NCBI GenBank assembly: GCA_027324805.1
Contig: DAHVRZ010000002.1
Span: 85,658 to 149,657 of the forward strand
Source: Candidatus Parcubacteria bacterium
GTDB lineage: Bacteria > Patescibacteriota > Minisyncoccia > UBA6257 > 2-01-FULL-56-20
Reading direction: 5' to 3'
Length of the DNA: 64,000 nucleotides
The notes under the pieces are model-generated. The model was not told where the DNA came from and ran no database searches. It worked only from the letters and a program-made list of their open reading frames with translations. The first letter of the stretch is position 1. Every line of letters starts with the position of its first letter. A program made the translations under genes and the position numbers. Shown in pieces: positions 1 to 8,477 of the stretch.

Positions 1-74
1 CACAATCGGCGATTCTTTTATTTGCGGCGCAAAGAATCCCGCCTTCTCGACACATCCGTAATCATCACATCATC

Positions 75-641
75 ATGGAACAAATCAAAGACAATCAACA
101 CGAATCAAAACGAGAACAGAAAAGTGCCGAGCGACAACGCTCCGCAAGAAAAAGATCATTCAACAGGTCGGCGAAGCGCGCGCTGATCATCCTCTTCGTC
201 GCCGTGGGCATATGGGGGTTATGGTACTGGGGTAGCAGCAATTCCTCTCCACAGACAACCCGGGCGCTGGCATTTTCCTGCACGACCGATACGCTCACGA
301 CATTCCACATCCATCCGCATCTCGTGATCACGATCAACGGCCAGGATCAGCAGATCCCGGCGGGGATCGGCAACAGCATCACATGCCTGCACCCAATCCA
401 TACCCACGATACCAGCGGGATGATCCATGTCGAATCGCCGTCGCCCCGCGATTTCACACTCGCCGATTTCTTCGCAGTTTGGGGCAAAACATTCAATCAC
501 AATCAAATTCTCAATTCCGTAGCAGATGCGAGCCATACGATCACGATGACCGTGAACGGCGTTCCGAGCCAGGACTTCGAAGACCTTGTTTTGCGCGACA
601 AAGACCAGATCGTTATTGCCTACGGCCCGACAAAACCATAA
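75..641 (+). CDS. Membrane-anchored hypothetical protein with His-rich motifs (HIHPH, HPIHTHD)
   Basis: ORF of 188 aa with a single N-terminal TM segment and HxHxH-type motifs. It is the first gene of a + strand unit that continues into the DsbA-like gene. No family recognised. Confidence 0.5.
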   Translation: MEQIKDNQHESKREQKSAERQRSARKRSFNRSAKRALIILFVAVGIWGLWYWGSSNSSPQTTRALAFSCTTDTLTTFHIHPHLVITINGQDQQIPAGIGNSITCLHPIHTHDTSGMIHVESPSPRDFTLADFFAVWGKTFNHNQILNSVADASHTITMTVNGVPSQDFEDLVLRDKDQIVIAYGPTKP

Positions 642-664
642 AATAAATAATATTCTTCAAAACC

Positions 665-1414
665 ATGGAACATCACGACACGCACCACGATGAGGCACAA
701 GAACTTTCTCCCGCCGCTCGCCATCGGCCTATAAATGATCGTTTTCTCCCGATCTCCATTCTTGTCGCGGCAATTTTGATCGGGGGAACGATACTTTTTG
801 CAACGCTCTACCGAGGAGGCAGCGTTGCTCCTGCTGGCGCAGCCCAAGCGGCCGTCCCGCCAATAAGCGCCGCTGACGCCGTATTGGGCAACCCGAACGC
901 CCCAGTCACACTCATAGAATACGGCGATTACCAGTGCCCGTTCTGCGGGAGGTTCTTCTCGGAAGCCCAGCCGCAGATTGTGAAAGACTATGTGGATACA
1001 GGAAAGGTAAAAATGGTTTTCCGTAATTTCGCTTTTCTCGGATCGGAATCCGTTGCGGCCGCAGAAGCTGCGGATTGTGCGGGAGACCAGAATAAATTAT
1101 GGGCGTACCACGATGCGCTCTACGCCGGAAAAGTGGCCGATTTCGCGAAAGGCGGCGGCGAGGATGATGGGTTCTTTAATAGGACGTTGTTCCTGAAGAT
1201 TGCCCAGCAAATAAACCTTAACATCCCGACATTCACGAGCTGCATCGATAGCAATAAATATGCAAATCGGGTCGCACAGGAAAAAACGGACGCGGCGGCA
1301 ATCGGCGTGAATTCAACGCCAACCGTCTTTATCAACGGGCAAGAAGTGCTCGGCGCCCAGCCCTATGCGGCATTCAAAACAGTGATCGACCTTGCATTGC
1401 AAAACAGTAAATAA
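665..1414 (+). CDS. DsbA-family thiol:disulfide oxidoreductase (thioredoxin fold, CPFC active site), membrane-anchored
   Basis: The YQCPFCGRFF CxxC motif sits in a DsbA-like context after an N-terminal TM helix. The 249-aa length is typical. Confidence 0.8.
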   Translation: MEHHDTHHDEAQELSPAARHRPINDRFLPISILVAAILIGGTILFATLYRGGSVAPAGAAQAAVPPISAADAVLGNPNAPVTLIEYGDYQCPFCGRFFSEAQPQIVKDYVDTGKVKMVFRNFAFLGSESVAAAEAADCAGDQNKLWAYHDALYAGKVADFAKGGGEDDGFFNRTLFLKIAQQINLNIPTFTSCIDSNKYANRVAQEKTDAAAIGVNSTPTVFINGQEVLGAQPYAAFKTVIDLALQNSK

Positions 1415-1416
1415 CC

Positions 1417-1992
1417 ATGGATGCCGCGCAGAAAAAATCACAAATGGGCGTTTGGAAAGGATTGCGCTACGTATTTGCGAAGATCGGCTATCTCGTTATC
1501 GCATCCATCGCAGCGGCGCTTGCGTTCGCCTTCGCAGTCTGGCTGCCGAATCTTCACCTCGTTGCGAGCACGCTCACACGATCCGACGCGCCTCTTATGT
1601 TGCGGCTGCAACTCCCGGTAACCCTTCTCGGCTCCATCGTCACGAATTTTAGCCCGTTTTCGGCAACTATGATCGTTACCCTCTCCATGCTTCTTGGGAT
1701 TGATACGGCACTCGTCGCATATCACACAAAGCAAAGGCTTGCAGGGAATTTCACTGGCGGCTTTGCCGCCGGAGCGGGTGGCATAGTCGCCGGAGTTCTC
1801 GGCATCGGATGCGCCGCATGCGGCTCCATTGTCGCCATGTCGTTCCTGCCCCTCGTGGGCGGCGCGGGGATTCTTGCGGCATTGCCACTCGGAGGAGGAG
1901 AGTTTGGTGTTCTCGGGATAATCCTTCTTGGCAGTTCTATCGCTATCCTCGCAAAAAAAGCGACGCAACCGCTCATTTGCGTCGAAGCGTAG
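1417..1992 (+). CDS. Polytopic membrane protein with intramembrane CAAC (CxxC) motif; candidate redox partner of the upstream DsbA-like protein
   Basis: The 191-aa ORF has 4-5 predicted TM helices with GIGCAACGS in one helix, and starts 3 nt after the dsbA-like stop. It matches neither DsbB nor VKOR by motif pattern. Confidence 0.55.
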   Translation: MDAAQKKSQMGVWKGLRYVFAKIGYLVIASIAAALAFAFAVWLPNLHLVASTLTRSDAPLMLRLQLPVTLLGSIVTNFSPFSATMIVTLSMLLGIDTALVAYHTKQRLAGNFTGGFAAGAGGIVAGVLGIGCAACGSIVAMSFLPLVGGAGILAALPLGGGEFGVLGIILLGSSIAILAKKATQPLICVEA

Positions 1993-2011
1993 ATGCGTAG
2001 ATGCCGCTCAA

Positions 2012-2401
2012 TTATGAAATGACCGTATCAACAACCCTTTTGAGCTTGTCTTCCACCGTGCTCGCAATATCGCCGAGCGCAGGATTATCCACCATACCCA
2101 TCGCAACCGTCGGCAGGATGGCGGACACGAACACGTTTCCTTTTTCCTCATAGACGACCACATTGCACGGAAGAAGTAAACCGATATCCTTCTCCGCCTG
2201 TAACGCCTTGAACGCGAACTGCGGATTGCACGCACCGAGTATGACGTAATTGTCGTACTCGACGTCCAATTTCTTTTTGAGCGTCGCTTTGACGTCGATT
2301 TCCGTTAATACGCCGAACCCTTCCCTCGCCAATGCATCCTTGGTCTTTTGAACCGCCTCGCCGAAGGAGATGGGGTATCGTTTTTTATAGCCGTAATTCA
2401 T
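2012..2401 (-). CDS. DUF302 family protein
   Basis: Reading from the internal start MNYGYKKRYPISFGEAV gives about 130 aa, typical for DUF302. The track's longer N-terminal extension runs into promoter sequence. Confidence 0.7.
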   Translation of the reverse strand: MNYGYKKRYPISFGEAVQKTKDALAREGFGVLTEIDVKATLKKKLDVEYDNYVILGACNPQFAFKALQAEKDIGLLLPCNVVVYEEKGNVFVSAILPTVAMGMVDNPALGDIASTVEDKLKRVVDTVIS

Positions 2402-2440
2402 GATTACATTATACCCCCTGTGGGTATTTCTGCAAAGCAG
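2402..2440 (-). promoter_or_regulatory. Sigma70-like promoter (TTGCAG-N16-TATAAT) with CsoR-type palindrome ATACCC-CCTGT-GGGTAT (2411..2427) overlapping the spacer and -10; near-leaderless start of DUF302 gene
   Basis: The minus-strand sequence reads TTTGCAGAAATACCCACAGGGGGTATAATGTAATC-ATG. The palindrome has the same arms as the two csoR-region operators. The -10 lies 6 nt from the ATG. Confidence 0.55.
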
Positions 2441-2453
2441 CCCGCAGAGCATA

Positions 2454-3752
2454 TCAGCTACTTATCACCACTCTCGCTACGCTATAAATCTCTTTCAGCG
2501 AATAGTGGGATGTAAAACTGATATTGTTCCCGTTCGCTACATAGGGATCTTGCATGAGATAATTGCCTTTACTCCCGCTCGTGAGGACGACGAAGTGCGT
2601 TCCGCCGAGGGCGTTCATGCCGATAATTATCGGGTGGCCAGCGGCAAGCATCGCGTCAATGACGGTGATCTTGCGCGCGGTGGTCGCTCCCCTCACGCTC
2701 GTGGCTTTCCGCGTGACGGTGACGCCATCCACGCCGATCGTCGCGAGTAGCAAGTCGGGAGAATACGCGGCAAAATTATCCGGGTCCGCATTGATGGTTG
2801 CGGGTGTCACATCCTTATATCCGTAATGCGTGAGCACCATCGCCACAGACGCGATAAGACAACCGGCGCTTGCAAGGGTATATTTCGTTCCATCGAGTGC
2901 ATTGCTCCCCCACGCCGTATCGCGCTGATTATAGTAACAGCCCGATGCGTCGCAGCTCGTTTGGTTCGCGAGCAGCTTTGAACCACCGGCATTCTGGGTG
3001 AAGGTCGAGAAGCTGTTGAGCTCCGCCTGCGCCGCCGCGAGCAGTTTCTGATATGTTGATTCCTGTGATTTTGTTTCTACAAGCAGCTGGCTTTTTGATT
3101 GCTCCGTCACGGCGAGTGATTGTTGTTGCGATGCTAGTGTCTGTTTTTGAAATGTCAGCGTTTCCTGTTTTTGCTTTGATGCAGCCTGTGAATCGGCAAG
3201 GTCGCCTTCCTGCACGCGCAACGTCTGCATTTGATCCTGAACAGCATTCTGCATCTTCAACGTCGCGTTGACGTCATTCCACATCGCAACAAGACTGCCT
3301 GATGAAAGCATCTGCACGATAAGTGGTTTGTCATCAGCTTTCTGAAGGCTTCGCAGATATCCTCCGAGCGCTGCCTGATCCGTATCGATCGTTTGCTTCG
3401 CCATAGTTATCGCCCCGCCCAATTGCTGGATTTGCGCCTGGGTGGTATTGATCTGCAACTGGGTAAGGGCGACCTGCGCCTGCACCTTACTACGCTCAAG
3501 ATCGAGCGCATTAATGGCGGCTTGGAGCGTCTTCTTGTCCGCACCGACTTTCTGAAGCTGCGCCTGGTATGTCGCGATCTCTTGATTAAGAGCGGCAATT
3601 TGCTGATTGTCCGTGCTAATCTGTTGCGCCTGCGTGGAAGTACTGCTCGTACTCGTTGCAGAGGCGATTGCCGCCGCATGGGAAATAGAAATACCCCACA
3701 CGGCTACGGCCATGAGAAATCCAAACCAAATAAAAAGAGATGGCCCACGCAT
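2454..3752 (-). CDS. Secreted coiled-coil protein with C-terminal papain-like C39-type (Peptidase_C39_2-like) cysteine peptidase domain; PcsB-like architecture
   Basis: Signal peptide, then about 250 aa of Q/A/L-rich coiled coil. The C-terminal domain carries SAGCLIASVAMVLTHYGY (catalytic Cys context) and GGTHFVVL (His). Confidence 0.65.
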   Translation of the reverse strand: MRGPSLFIWFGFLMAVAVWGISISHAAAIASATSTSSTSTQAQQISTDNQQIAALNQEIATYQAQLQKVGADKKTLQAAINALDLERSKVQAQVALTQLQINTTQAQIQQLGGAITMAKQTIDTDQAALGGYLRSLQKADDKPLIVQMLSSGSLVAMWNDVNATLKMQNAVQDQMQTLRVQEGDLADSQAASKQKQETLTFQKQTLASQQQSLAVTEQSKSQLLVETKSQESTYQKLLAAAQAELNSFSTFTQNAGGSKLLANQTSCDASGCYYNQRDTAWGSNALDGTKYTLASAGCLIASVAMVLTHYGYKDVTPATINADPDNFAAYSPDLLLATIGVDGVTVTRKATSVRGATTARKITVIDAMLAAGHPIIIGMNALGGTHFVVLTSGSKGNYLMQDPYVANGNNISFTSHYSLKEIYSVARVVISS

Positions 3753-3764
3753 GTTTGTTAACCG

Positions 3765-3941
3765 TTAGCAGCATCCGCCACCTTTTGATTTACGAGGTTG
3801 CTCTTTCTTAGTTAACAGCAGCCGATATTGATCCTTGCATCTCTCGGAATAGAATTGCTTGCCAAATCCTTTTGGATATTCTTGTCCATCTTTGAACTCC
3901 ATCCTGCAGATGGGACACTTTTTCTTGAAAATTTTGAACAT
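3765..3941 (-). CDS. Small Lys-rich zinc-ribbon-like protein (58 aa) ending in GGGCC
   Basis: This is the internal-ATG ORF MFKIFKKKCPICRMEF...GGGCC*. It is AT-rich with atypical codon usage and is wedged between the ICMT-like and PcsB-like genes. Weak support. Confidence 0.3.
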   Translation of the reverse strand: MFKIFKKKCPICRMEFKDGQEYPKGFGKQFYSERCKDQYRLLLTKKEQPRKSKGGGCC

Positions 3942-3955
3942 GTGTTTTTGATATT

Positions 3956-4490
3956 TTATTTCACTGATTTGTCTTTTCGCCTCCACCGCGGAATGAACGC
4001 GGGCGTTTGCGCCGCATAAGCATCCCATTCTCTGCCAAATGCCGCTTGCGCTTCCCTCTCTTCGGTTCGCGCGAGATGCACGTACATCCACAAAAGCACC
4101 GGAAACATGGCAAGCGTGAGAATGGTCGGCCACTGGAACAAGAATCCGAGCATAACGAGTATGAATGCCACGTATTGTGGATGGCGAATGCGGGCATACG
4201 GCCCTGCGGTTGCAAGCGTATGTTCTTTCTGCGCTTTATAGAGGACAGTCCATGCGTCCATTAAGAGGAATATCCCTATGCCGATCAGGATGTAGCTCAG
4301 AATATGGAACGGCCCGAAGTGTGAGCGGAAAACCATACATCTCAGTGAATAACGCGACGATGAATGCGGAGAATGCGCCGAACGATCGCCAATCGCGCGG
4401 CGTCTTCGGTTTTGTGAAGCTGAACGCGAACACGATGAAGATTGCGGAATTGATGATGACGAGCGGCCAGAGGCCATAACTGTTGTCCAT
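3956..4490 (-). pseudogene. Isoprenylcysteine carboxyl methyltransferase (ICMT)/phospholipid methyltransferase family gene split by a frameshift near 4311..4320
   Basis: The N-terminal part is ORF 4236..4490 (WRSFGAFSAFIVALFTEMYGFPLT). The C-terminal part is in another frame within 3956..4501 (GPYARIRHPQYVAFILVMLGFLF, the ICMT signature). The two frames share the DNA around ggcccg at 4311..4316. This is either a real pseudogene or a one-base sequencing indel. Confidence 0.6.
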
Positions 4491-4491
4491 A

Positions 4492-4815
4492 TCAGTGACA
4501 AGAGGAATGATCGTGTTTCATATCATGATGAGTTTCGGCCTTTGAGGATTGCTCATCGTCCGTAATGTGATTATCGTGCAGTACCTCATTGTGCGGCGGT
4601 TTCCGATGCCGCATCATCATGATGACGCACGCCACGAGAAGCACGAAAGCTATGAGCGGTAGGAATAATGCTGCTCCGCCGAACGCCGCGACACCGCCGC
4701 CCAAAAATAGGATGGCGAGAATCGGCACGGCGCAACAGGCGACCATCATCCACATCATTGAGGAGCCGTGGCCACCCTCATGATTGTGGTCACTATTGTT
4801 ACTTTGGTTGTCCAT
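4492..4815 (-). CDS. His-rich small membrane protein (2 TM), possible metal-binding
   Basis: The N-terminus is SDHNHEGGHGS and the C-terminus is HHDMKHDHSSCH, with hydrophobic helices between. The gene sits 1 nt upstream of the ICMT-like gene. Confidence 0.55.
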   Translation of the reverse strand: MDNQSNNSDHNHEGGHGSSMMWMMVACCAVPILAILFLGGGVAAFGGAALFLPLIAFVLLVACVIMMMRHRKPPHNEVLHDNHITDDEQSSKAETHHDMKHDHSSCH

Positions 4816-4847
4816 AGTTTAGTTTGATTAATTTCTTTACCAGACTT

Positions 4848-5321
4848 TTACTGCATGTTCCACGTGAACGTCCTCACTGCTACCCCACCGACGTTGCTTA
4901 CCGTGAGCGTTATCGTCTTTGGCGTCGACGATGGCGCAGGGAACGTAAGCGTGCCGTTGCGATGATGCCCACCTACAGCAGGGCCATCCCATGCGATGGA
5001 TGCAAGTGAGTCGCCACGATCATCGGTCAGTACGGCAACTTTCGTCATATCCATATCGAGACTGCCCATGTGGGTATCGATCCCAAAGTTGAACGTCCAC
5101 GTGCTTGTGCCGGGCGCGAGCGGCTGTGCGATGACTTCCGCCGTACCCTCGGAATTGGTCTGTGATTCGTAAGGCGACGATGCCGTGCCGGGTGCCTGCT
5201 GCGTTTGGCTTGCCGCTCCTCCATATTCCGTAGGCGTGCCCCTCGGTACGCTCAAAGCGTAGAGAAAAAACATCCCGGCAAGGACGGCAAGCCCAATAAG
5301 AGCGATGTTGATTTTCTTCAT
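4848..5321 (-). CDS. Secreted hypothetical protein with Met/His-rich patch (THMGSLDMDM, GGHH)
   Basis: Signal peptide at MKKINIALIGLAVLAGMFF. The motifs loosely resemble CopC-like Met-rich Cu(I) sites, but this is not diagnostic. Confidence 0.5.
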   Translation of the reverse strand: MKKINIALIGLAVLAGMFFLYALSVPRGTPTEYGGAASQTQQAPGTASSPYESQTNSEGTAEVIAQPLAPGTSTWTFNFGIDTHMGSLDMDMTKVAVLTDDRGDSLASIAWDGPAVGGHHRNGTLTFPAPSSTPKTITLTVSNVGGVAVRTFTWNMQ

Positions 5322-5761
5322 ATTGTGCGATGTTTGAATTTCATGATCCGACTGATCATATATGCGATGCCCACGAGGTTGAACGCGATCCCGACCCAGA
5401 AAAGCTGTACTTGGTATGCCCCAATGAATGACGCGAACGCACTCACCCCGAGAACCGGCAAGATGTTCACGAGATAATGGGCGCAGCAGGAGATCATCGC
5501 GCCCGTGGACGTTGTTCCTGTCACGGCAAGCATTTTCCCGCTCGGATCCTTGGTGTGAATCTCGGCCTTCAGATAGCTGTACAACCCGATCTGGATGCCA
5601 AACCCAACCGCGAGACTTCCGAGATAGTACCAGTAACTTGAGAACTGGCTCGCGGCAAATCCAACGCCGGAGATGAGACCGACGACCAGGAAATATGCGC
5701 CGACCAAAGCTAGCGTTGCGGCTGCTCCCTTCGCGATCGATGTGATGACGGTGCGGTTCAT
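5318..5761 (-). CDS. 4-TM membrane protein with CCAHY motif
   Basis: ORF of 147 aa that overlaps the downstream gene by 4 nt. No family recognised. Confidence 0.5.
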   Translation of the reverse strand: MNRTVITSIAKGAAATLALVGAYFLVVGLISGVGFAASQFSSYWYYLGSLAVGFGIQIGLYSYLKAEIHTKDPSGKMLAVTGTTSTGAMISCCAHYLVNILPVLGVSAFASFIGAYQVQLFWVGIAFNLVGIAYMISRIMKFKHRTI

Positions 5762-5762
5762 G

Positions 5763-6389
5763 TTAATTCATCTGCGCGAGTTCGCCCGCGATCTTGTCGT
5801 TGTCGATACCCATGTTTGGGTCGTCGAAGACATAGCGGACGATGCCCTGCTTGTCGATAAGGACGAACGTGTGGCCCGGGTACGAACCGTAATGCATGGA
5901 TGAGTTAACGGTAAGCATGCCGTACTCGTTCGATACGCTTTTGTCTGTGTCAAAGAGTACGGTTGCCGAGGCGAGCTGTGGCATCTTCTGGATCGCGCTT
6001 TGCCAATCCGACGGCTGATCGATCACCACCGAAAGCGCGACGGTATTCGAGCTATTGAGCTGCGGGAGTGCCACCATCTGATTCCAGCACGCCGGGTAGC
6101 ACATGATACCTTCGTTGAAGAACAGCACCACATCTTCCCCCTTCAGACTGTCATTCGTGTACGTCGTGCCGTTCCGGTCTTGAAGCGAGAATTGCGGGGC
6201 TGGTTTGCCGACGAGGTCGTTAGGCGATCCCACCGAAGCGGCTGCGCTCCCCGAATGCATGGGGTCGCCGCCCGCCTGTGGACTGCCGCTTCCGCGACTC
6301 AGCATGTAGATGCCGCCGATAACGAATGCCGCGATAGCGATGATCGCCACAATGGCGGTCACATTAGATTTTTTCTGATAGTTTTTCAT
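5763..6389 (-). CDS. TlpA/ResA-like thiol-disulfide oxidoreductase (redoxin, thioredoxin fold), membrane-anchored
   Basis: The VGKPAPQFSLQDRNG...VVLFFNEGIMCYPACWNQ motif places a CxxxC-type redox site in an AhpC/TSA-redoxin context. The start was moved to the internal MKNYQKK. Confidence 0.75.
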   Translation of the reverse strand: MKNYQKKSNVTAIVAIIAIAAFVIGGIYMLSRGSGSPQAGGDPMHSGSAAASVGSPNDLVGKPAPQFSLQDRNGTTYTNDSLKGEDVVLFFNEGIMCYPACWNQMVALPQLNSSNTVALSVVIDQPSDWQSAIQKMPQLASATVLFDTDKSVSNEYGMLTVNSSMHYGSYPGHTFVLIDKQGIVRYVFDDPNMGIDNDKIAGELAQMN

Positions 6390-6396
6390 GTTGGTT

Positions 6397-7257
6397 TTAT
6401 TTTTCTTTGTTTTGTTTAATTGCCATGGCCGTAAACCAGGCGAGAAGCCCAACGATCACAATCGCCCACACGAACTGCGGCACCCAGCCGATGAAGCGGT
6501 TGAGCGATTGCAAAATTTGCGTAATGAAGATGTCGACATCCACGGCCGTTGCCGAGTATCCCATCGGATTGTTCGCTGCCCATATGAGCGTGAAGGCACC
6601 CATGATGGTGAAGGTAGCTCCCGCTAAGAGGTCAGAGATCCGCGTCTTGAATTCCTTTCCAAACAGGGTGAACGTAAACGGCTTCCGCGCTTCGAAGAGG
6701 CGGTTCGTGAGTTTTGTGCGATCAATGATGGACGCCAAAATGAAGAGTGGCGTCACCATGCCGAGGACGTAGGCCAAGGTGTAGACGATGCCCCATGCGA
6801 AAGAACCCGGAAGCACGGAGAGCGCGAGCGCTCCAGCAAGAACAGGGGCGCAACAGGTCGTCGCGATGCCGGAGAATATGCCGAGGACGTAGACCGATGC
6901 CGCTGTTTCCTTCTCTTTCACTTCAAACTTAGGCTTCCACGATGACGGCATAGGTAATCGCTTCCCGAAAAAAAGTGAGATGCCCAGAGCGAGAAGCAAC
7001 AGACCTACAACCGTAAAGATCTCGTGGTGATAATGCCCGAAGAACGTGCTCAAGGACGAGAATCCCAGCCCGAGCGGCAAGAATATGGTCAGGATGCCGA
7101 GGAAGAAGATAAACGTCATGAGAAATACCTTCCGCCGCGTCTCAAAGATTGAGCCGAAATAGGAGGGCAGAAGAACGGTCACGCAGCAGGGCGCAAAAAG
7201 GGCAGCGATTCCCGCCACGAATGCCGCTATGAGTGATGTGCTGATGAGGAGTTCCAT
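6397..7257 (-). CDS. ccdA: CcdA/DsbD-family transmembrane thiol-disulfide electron transporter
   Basis: Polytopic membrane protein with FAPCCVTVLLP and TTCCAPVLAGAL motifs, the DsbD_2/CcdA-like Cys-in-TM pattern. It is adjacent to the redoxin gene. Confidence 0.7.
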   Translation of the reverse strand: MELLISTSLIAAFVAGIAALFAPCCVTVLLPSYFGSIFETRRKVFLMTFIFFLGILTIFLPLGLGFSSLSTFFGHYHHEIFTVVGLLLLALGISLFFGKRLPMPSSWKPKFEVKEKETAASVYVLGIFSGIATTCCAPVLAGALALSVLPGSFAWGIVYTLAYVLGMVTPLFILASIIDRTKLTNRLFEARKPFTFTLFGKEFKTRISDLLAGATFTIMGAFTLIWAANNPMGYSATAVDVDIFITQILQSLNRFIGWVPQFVWAIVIVGLLAWFTAMAIKQNKEK

Positions 7258-7262
7258 GGTCG

Positions 7263-7463
7263 TTATTGCAACCCACAACCGCTAGGCTGACCGTAGGATG
7301 GGGCTTGGTTTTGCGCTTGCGACGATGGCGCGGCAATCTGATTTTCCTGGGTTACCGCGTTAGCACCGAATGGCCGGAACGCATAGGCCCACGCCGTACC
7401 GACGATGATCACGAAGAGCGCACTACTGATGAACAGCCAGAAATTGTCATTGGTTGGTTTCAT
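7263..7463 (-). CDS. Small membrane-anchored protein ending in C-terminal ...SGCGLQ
   Basis: ORF of 66 aa with an N-terminal TM and a Q/A/S-rich tail. The C-terminal motif is shared with the upstream gene. Confidence 0.45.
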   Translation of the reverse strand: MKPTNDNFWLFISSALFVIIVGTAWAYAFRPFGANAVTQENQIAAPSSQAQNQAPSYGQPSGCGLQ

Positions 7464-7478
7464 GTTTTTTATTTCCGG

Positions 7479-8474
7479 TCATTGCACCCCGCAGCCGCCC
7501 GACGATTGCGTCTGCACCGGAGTGATTTTGTTTTCTATCTGCTGATACCCTTGCGCACTCGAATACGCGGCGCCGAGGACCGCCTTCGGATCCACCGCAC
7601 TCCAGTCTATGCCCTGGCTTTGGAAGTAGGTCGCGAGGGTCATATAGGTATCCGGGAACCAGTAGGAATTCACCGCGAGCGCGGCTTTATACATGTCCGT
7701 TTCCGAGACGCCCTGCGACGCCATGAGCTCGAGGAGGGCGAGCATTGCCATGCCGTGATTGCAGTCCGGGAAGTACGTAGAGTTGCCGCAACACGGGCGA
7801 TAGATATTCTGTGCAACGCGAACGACGAGCGCCTGCTGATCGGCCGTGAGCGTTATGAATTGATGTGCGCTATAGTGCGTCATCGCATCGCCGACCGAAA
7901 GCGTCCATCCGCCAGTCGAAGCAAAGTTCTTCGCGCTGCCGTATTGCGGATTTTGCATCGGACCGCTTGTGAGGATCGGATTGTTATTCCCAAGCCCAAG
8001 CGCCCATAGAAGATTCAGGATGACGCCGGAATTCTGTGGCGTGATGACGAGATCGCTGTTGTCCGTATTATCGAGAAGCGCTTGCATGTCGGGCGACAAC
8101 CCGCCACGCCGTGCGTACAATGCCTCAAATTGCGGCTCGTCGATTACGCCGCTGGAAACCAACTGCTTCCCCAGGTCGCCCCAACGTGCGGGCAACGTCA
8201 CGCCCACCGCCGGGATCACTTTTTCCTGAAGCGCAGAAACTGACGCGGTTTGCGTGGTCGTGGCCGAGGATCCTTTCGCCGAAAAAAGATTCTGACCTCC
8301 TGTTGATCTCTGGCTGCCGACATAAACGAACGCCGAAGCGATAAACAGTGCGGCAGCGAGAATACTAAGCGGCAAAAATAGATCTTTCCGGCCATCTTTT
8401 ACCGCTCCTTCCGGGAGAATATCTTCCGCCGGTTCCGATTCGTGATGATGTGGTTCGTGTTCCATATGATTCAT
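7479..8474 (-). CDS. Membrane-anchored His/Cys-rich protein (N-term HEPHHHE; RPCCGNSTYFPDCNHG) ending in ...SGGCGVQ
   Basis: ORF of 331 aa with a single TM. No family recognised; C-terminal Cys-x-x-x motif. Confidence 0.55.
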   Translation of the reverse strand: MNHMEHEPHHHESEPAEDILPEGAVKDGRKDLFLPLSILAAALFIASAFVYVGSQRSTGGQNLFSAKGSSATTTQTASVSALQEKVIPAVGVTLPARWGDLGKQLVSSGVIDEPQFEALYARRGGLSPDMQALLDNTDNSDLVITPQNSGVILNLLWALGLGNNNPILTSGPMQNPQYGSAKNFASTGGWTLSVGDAMTHYSAHQFITLTADQQALVVRVAQNIYRPCCGNSTYFPDCNHGMAMLALLELMASQGVSETDMYKAALAVNSYWFPDTYMTLATYFQSQGIDWSAVDPKAVLGAAYSSAQGYQQIENKITPVQTQSSGGCGVQ

Positions 8475-8477
8475 GCG

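Noticed and set aside
1984-2004. Tandem direct repeat gcgtagat-gcgtagat at the convergent gene ends
   Set aside because: It is only two 8-nt copies, with no hairpin or T-tract. It probably reflects the stop codons (TAG) of the converging ORFs.
5040-5085. CCCATGTGGG-TAT partial palindrome resembling the CsoR operator
   Set aside because: It lies inside the coding region of 4848..5321, lacks the left ATA flank, and has no promoter hexamers around it.
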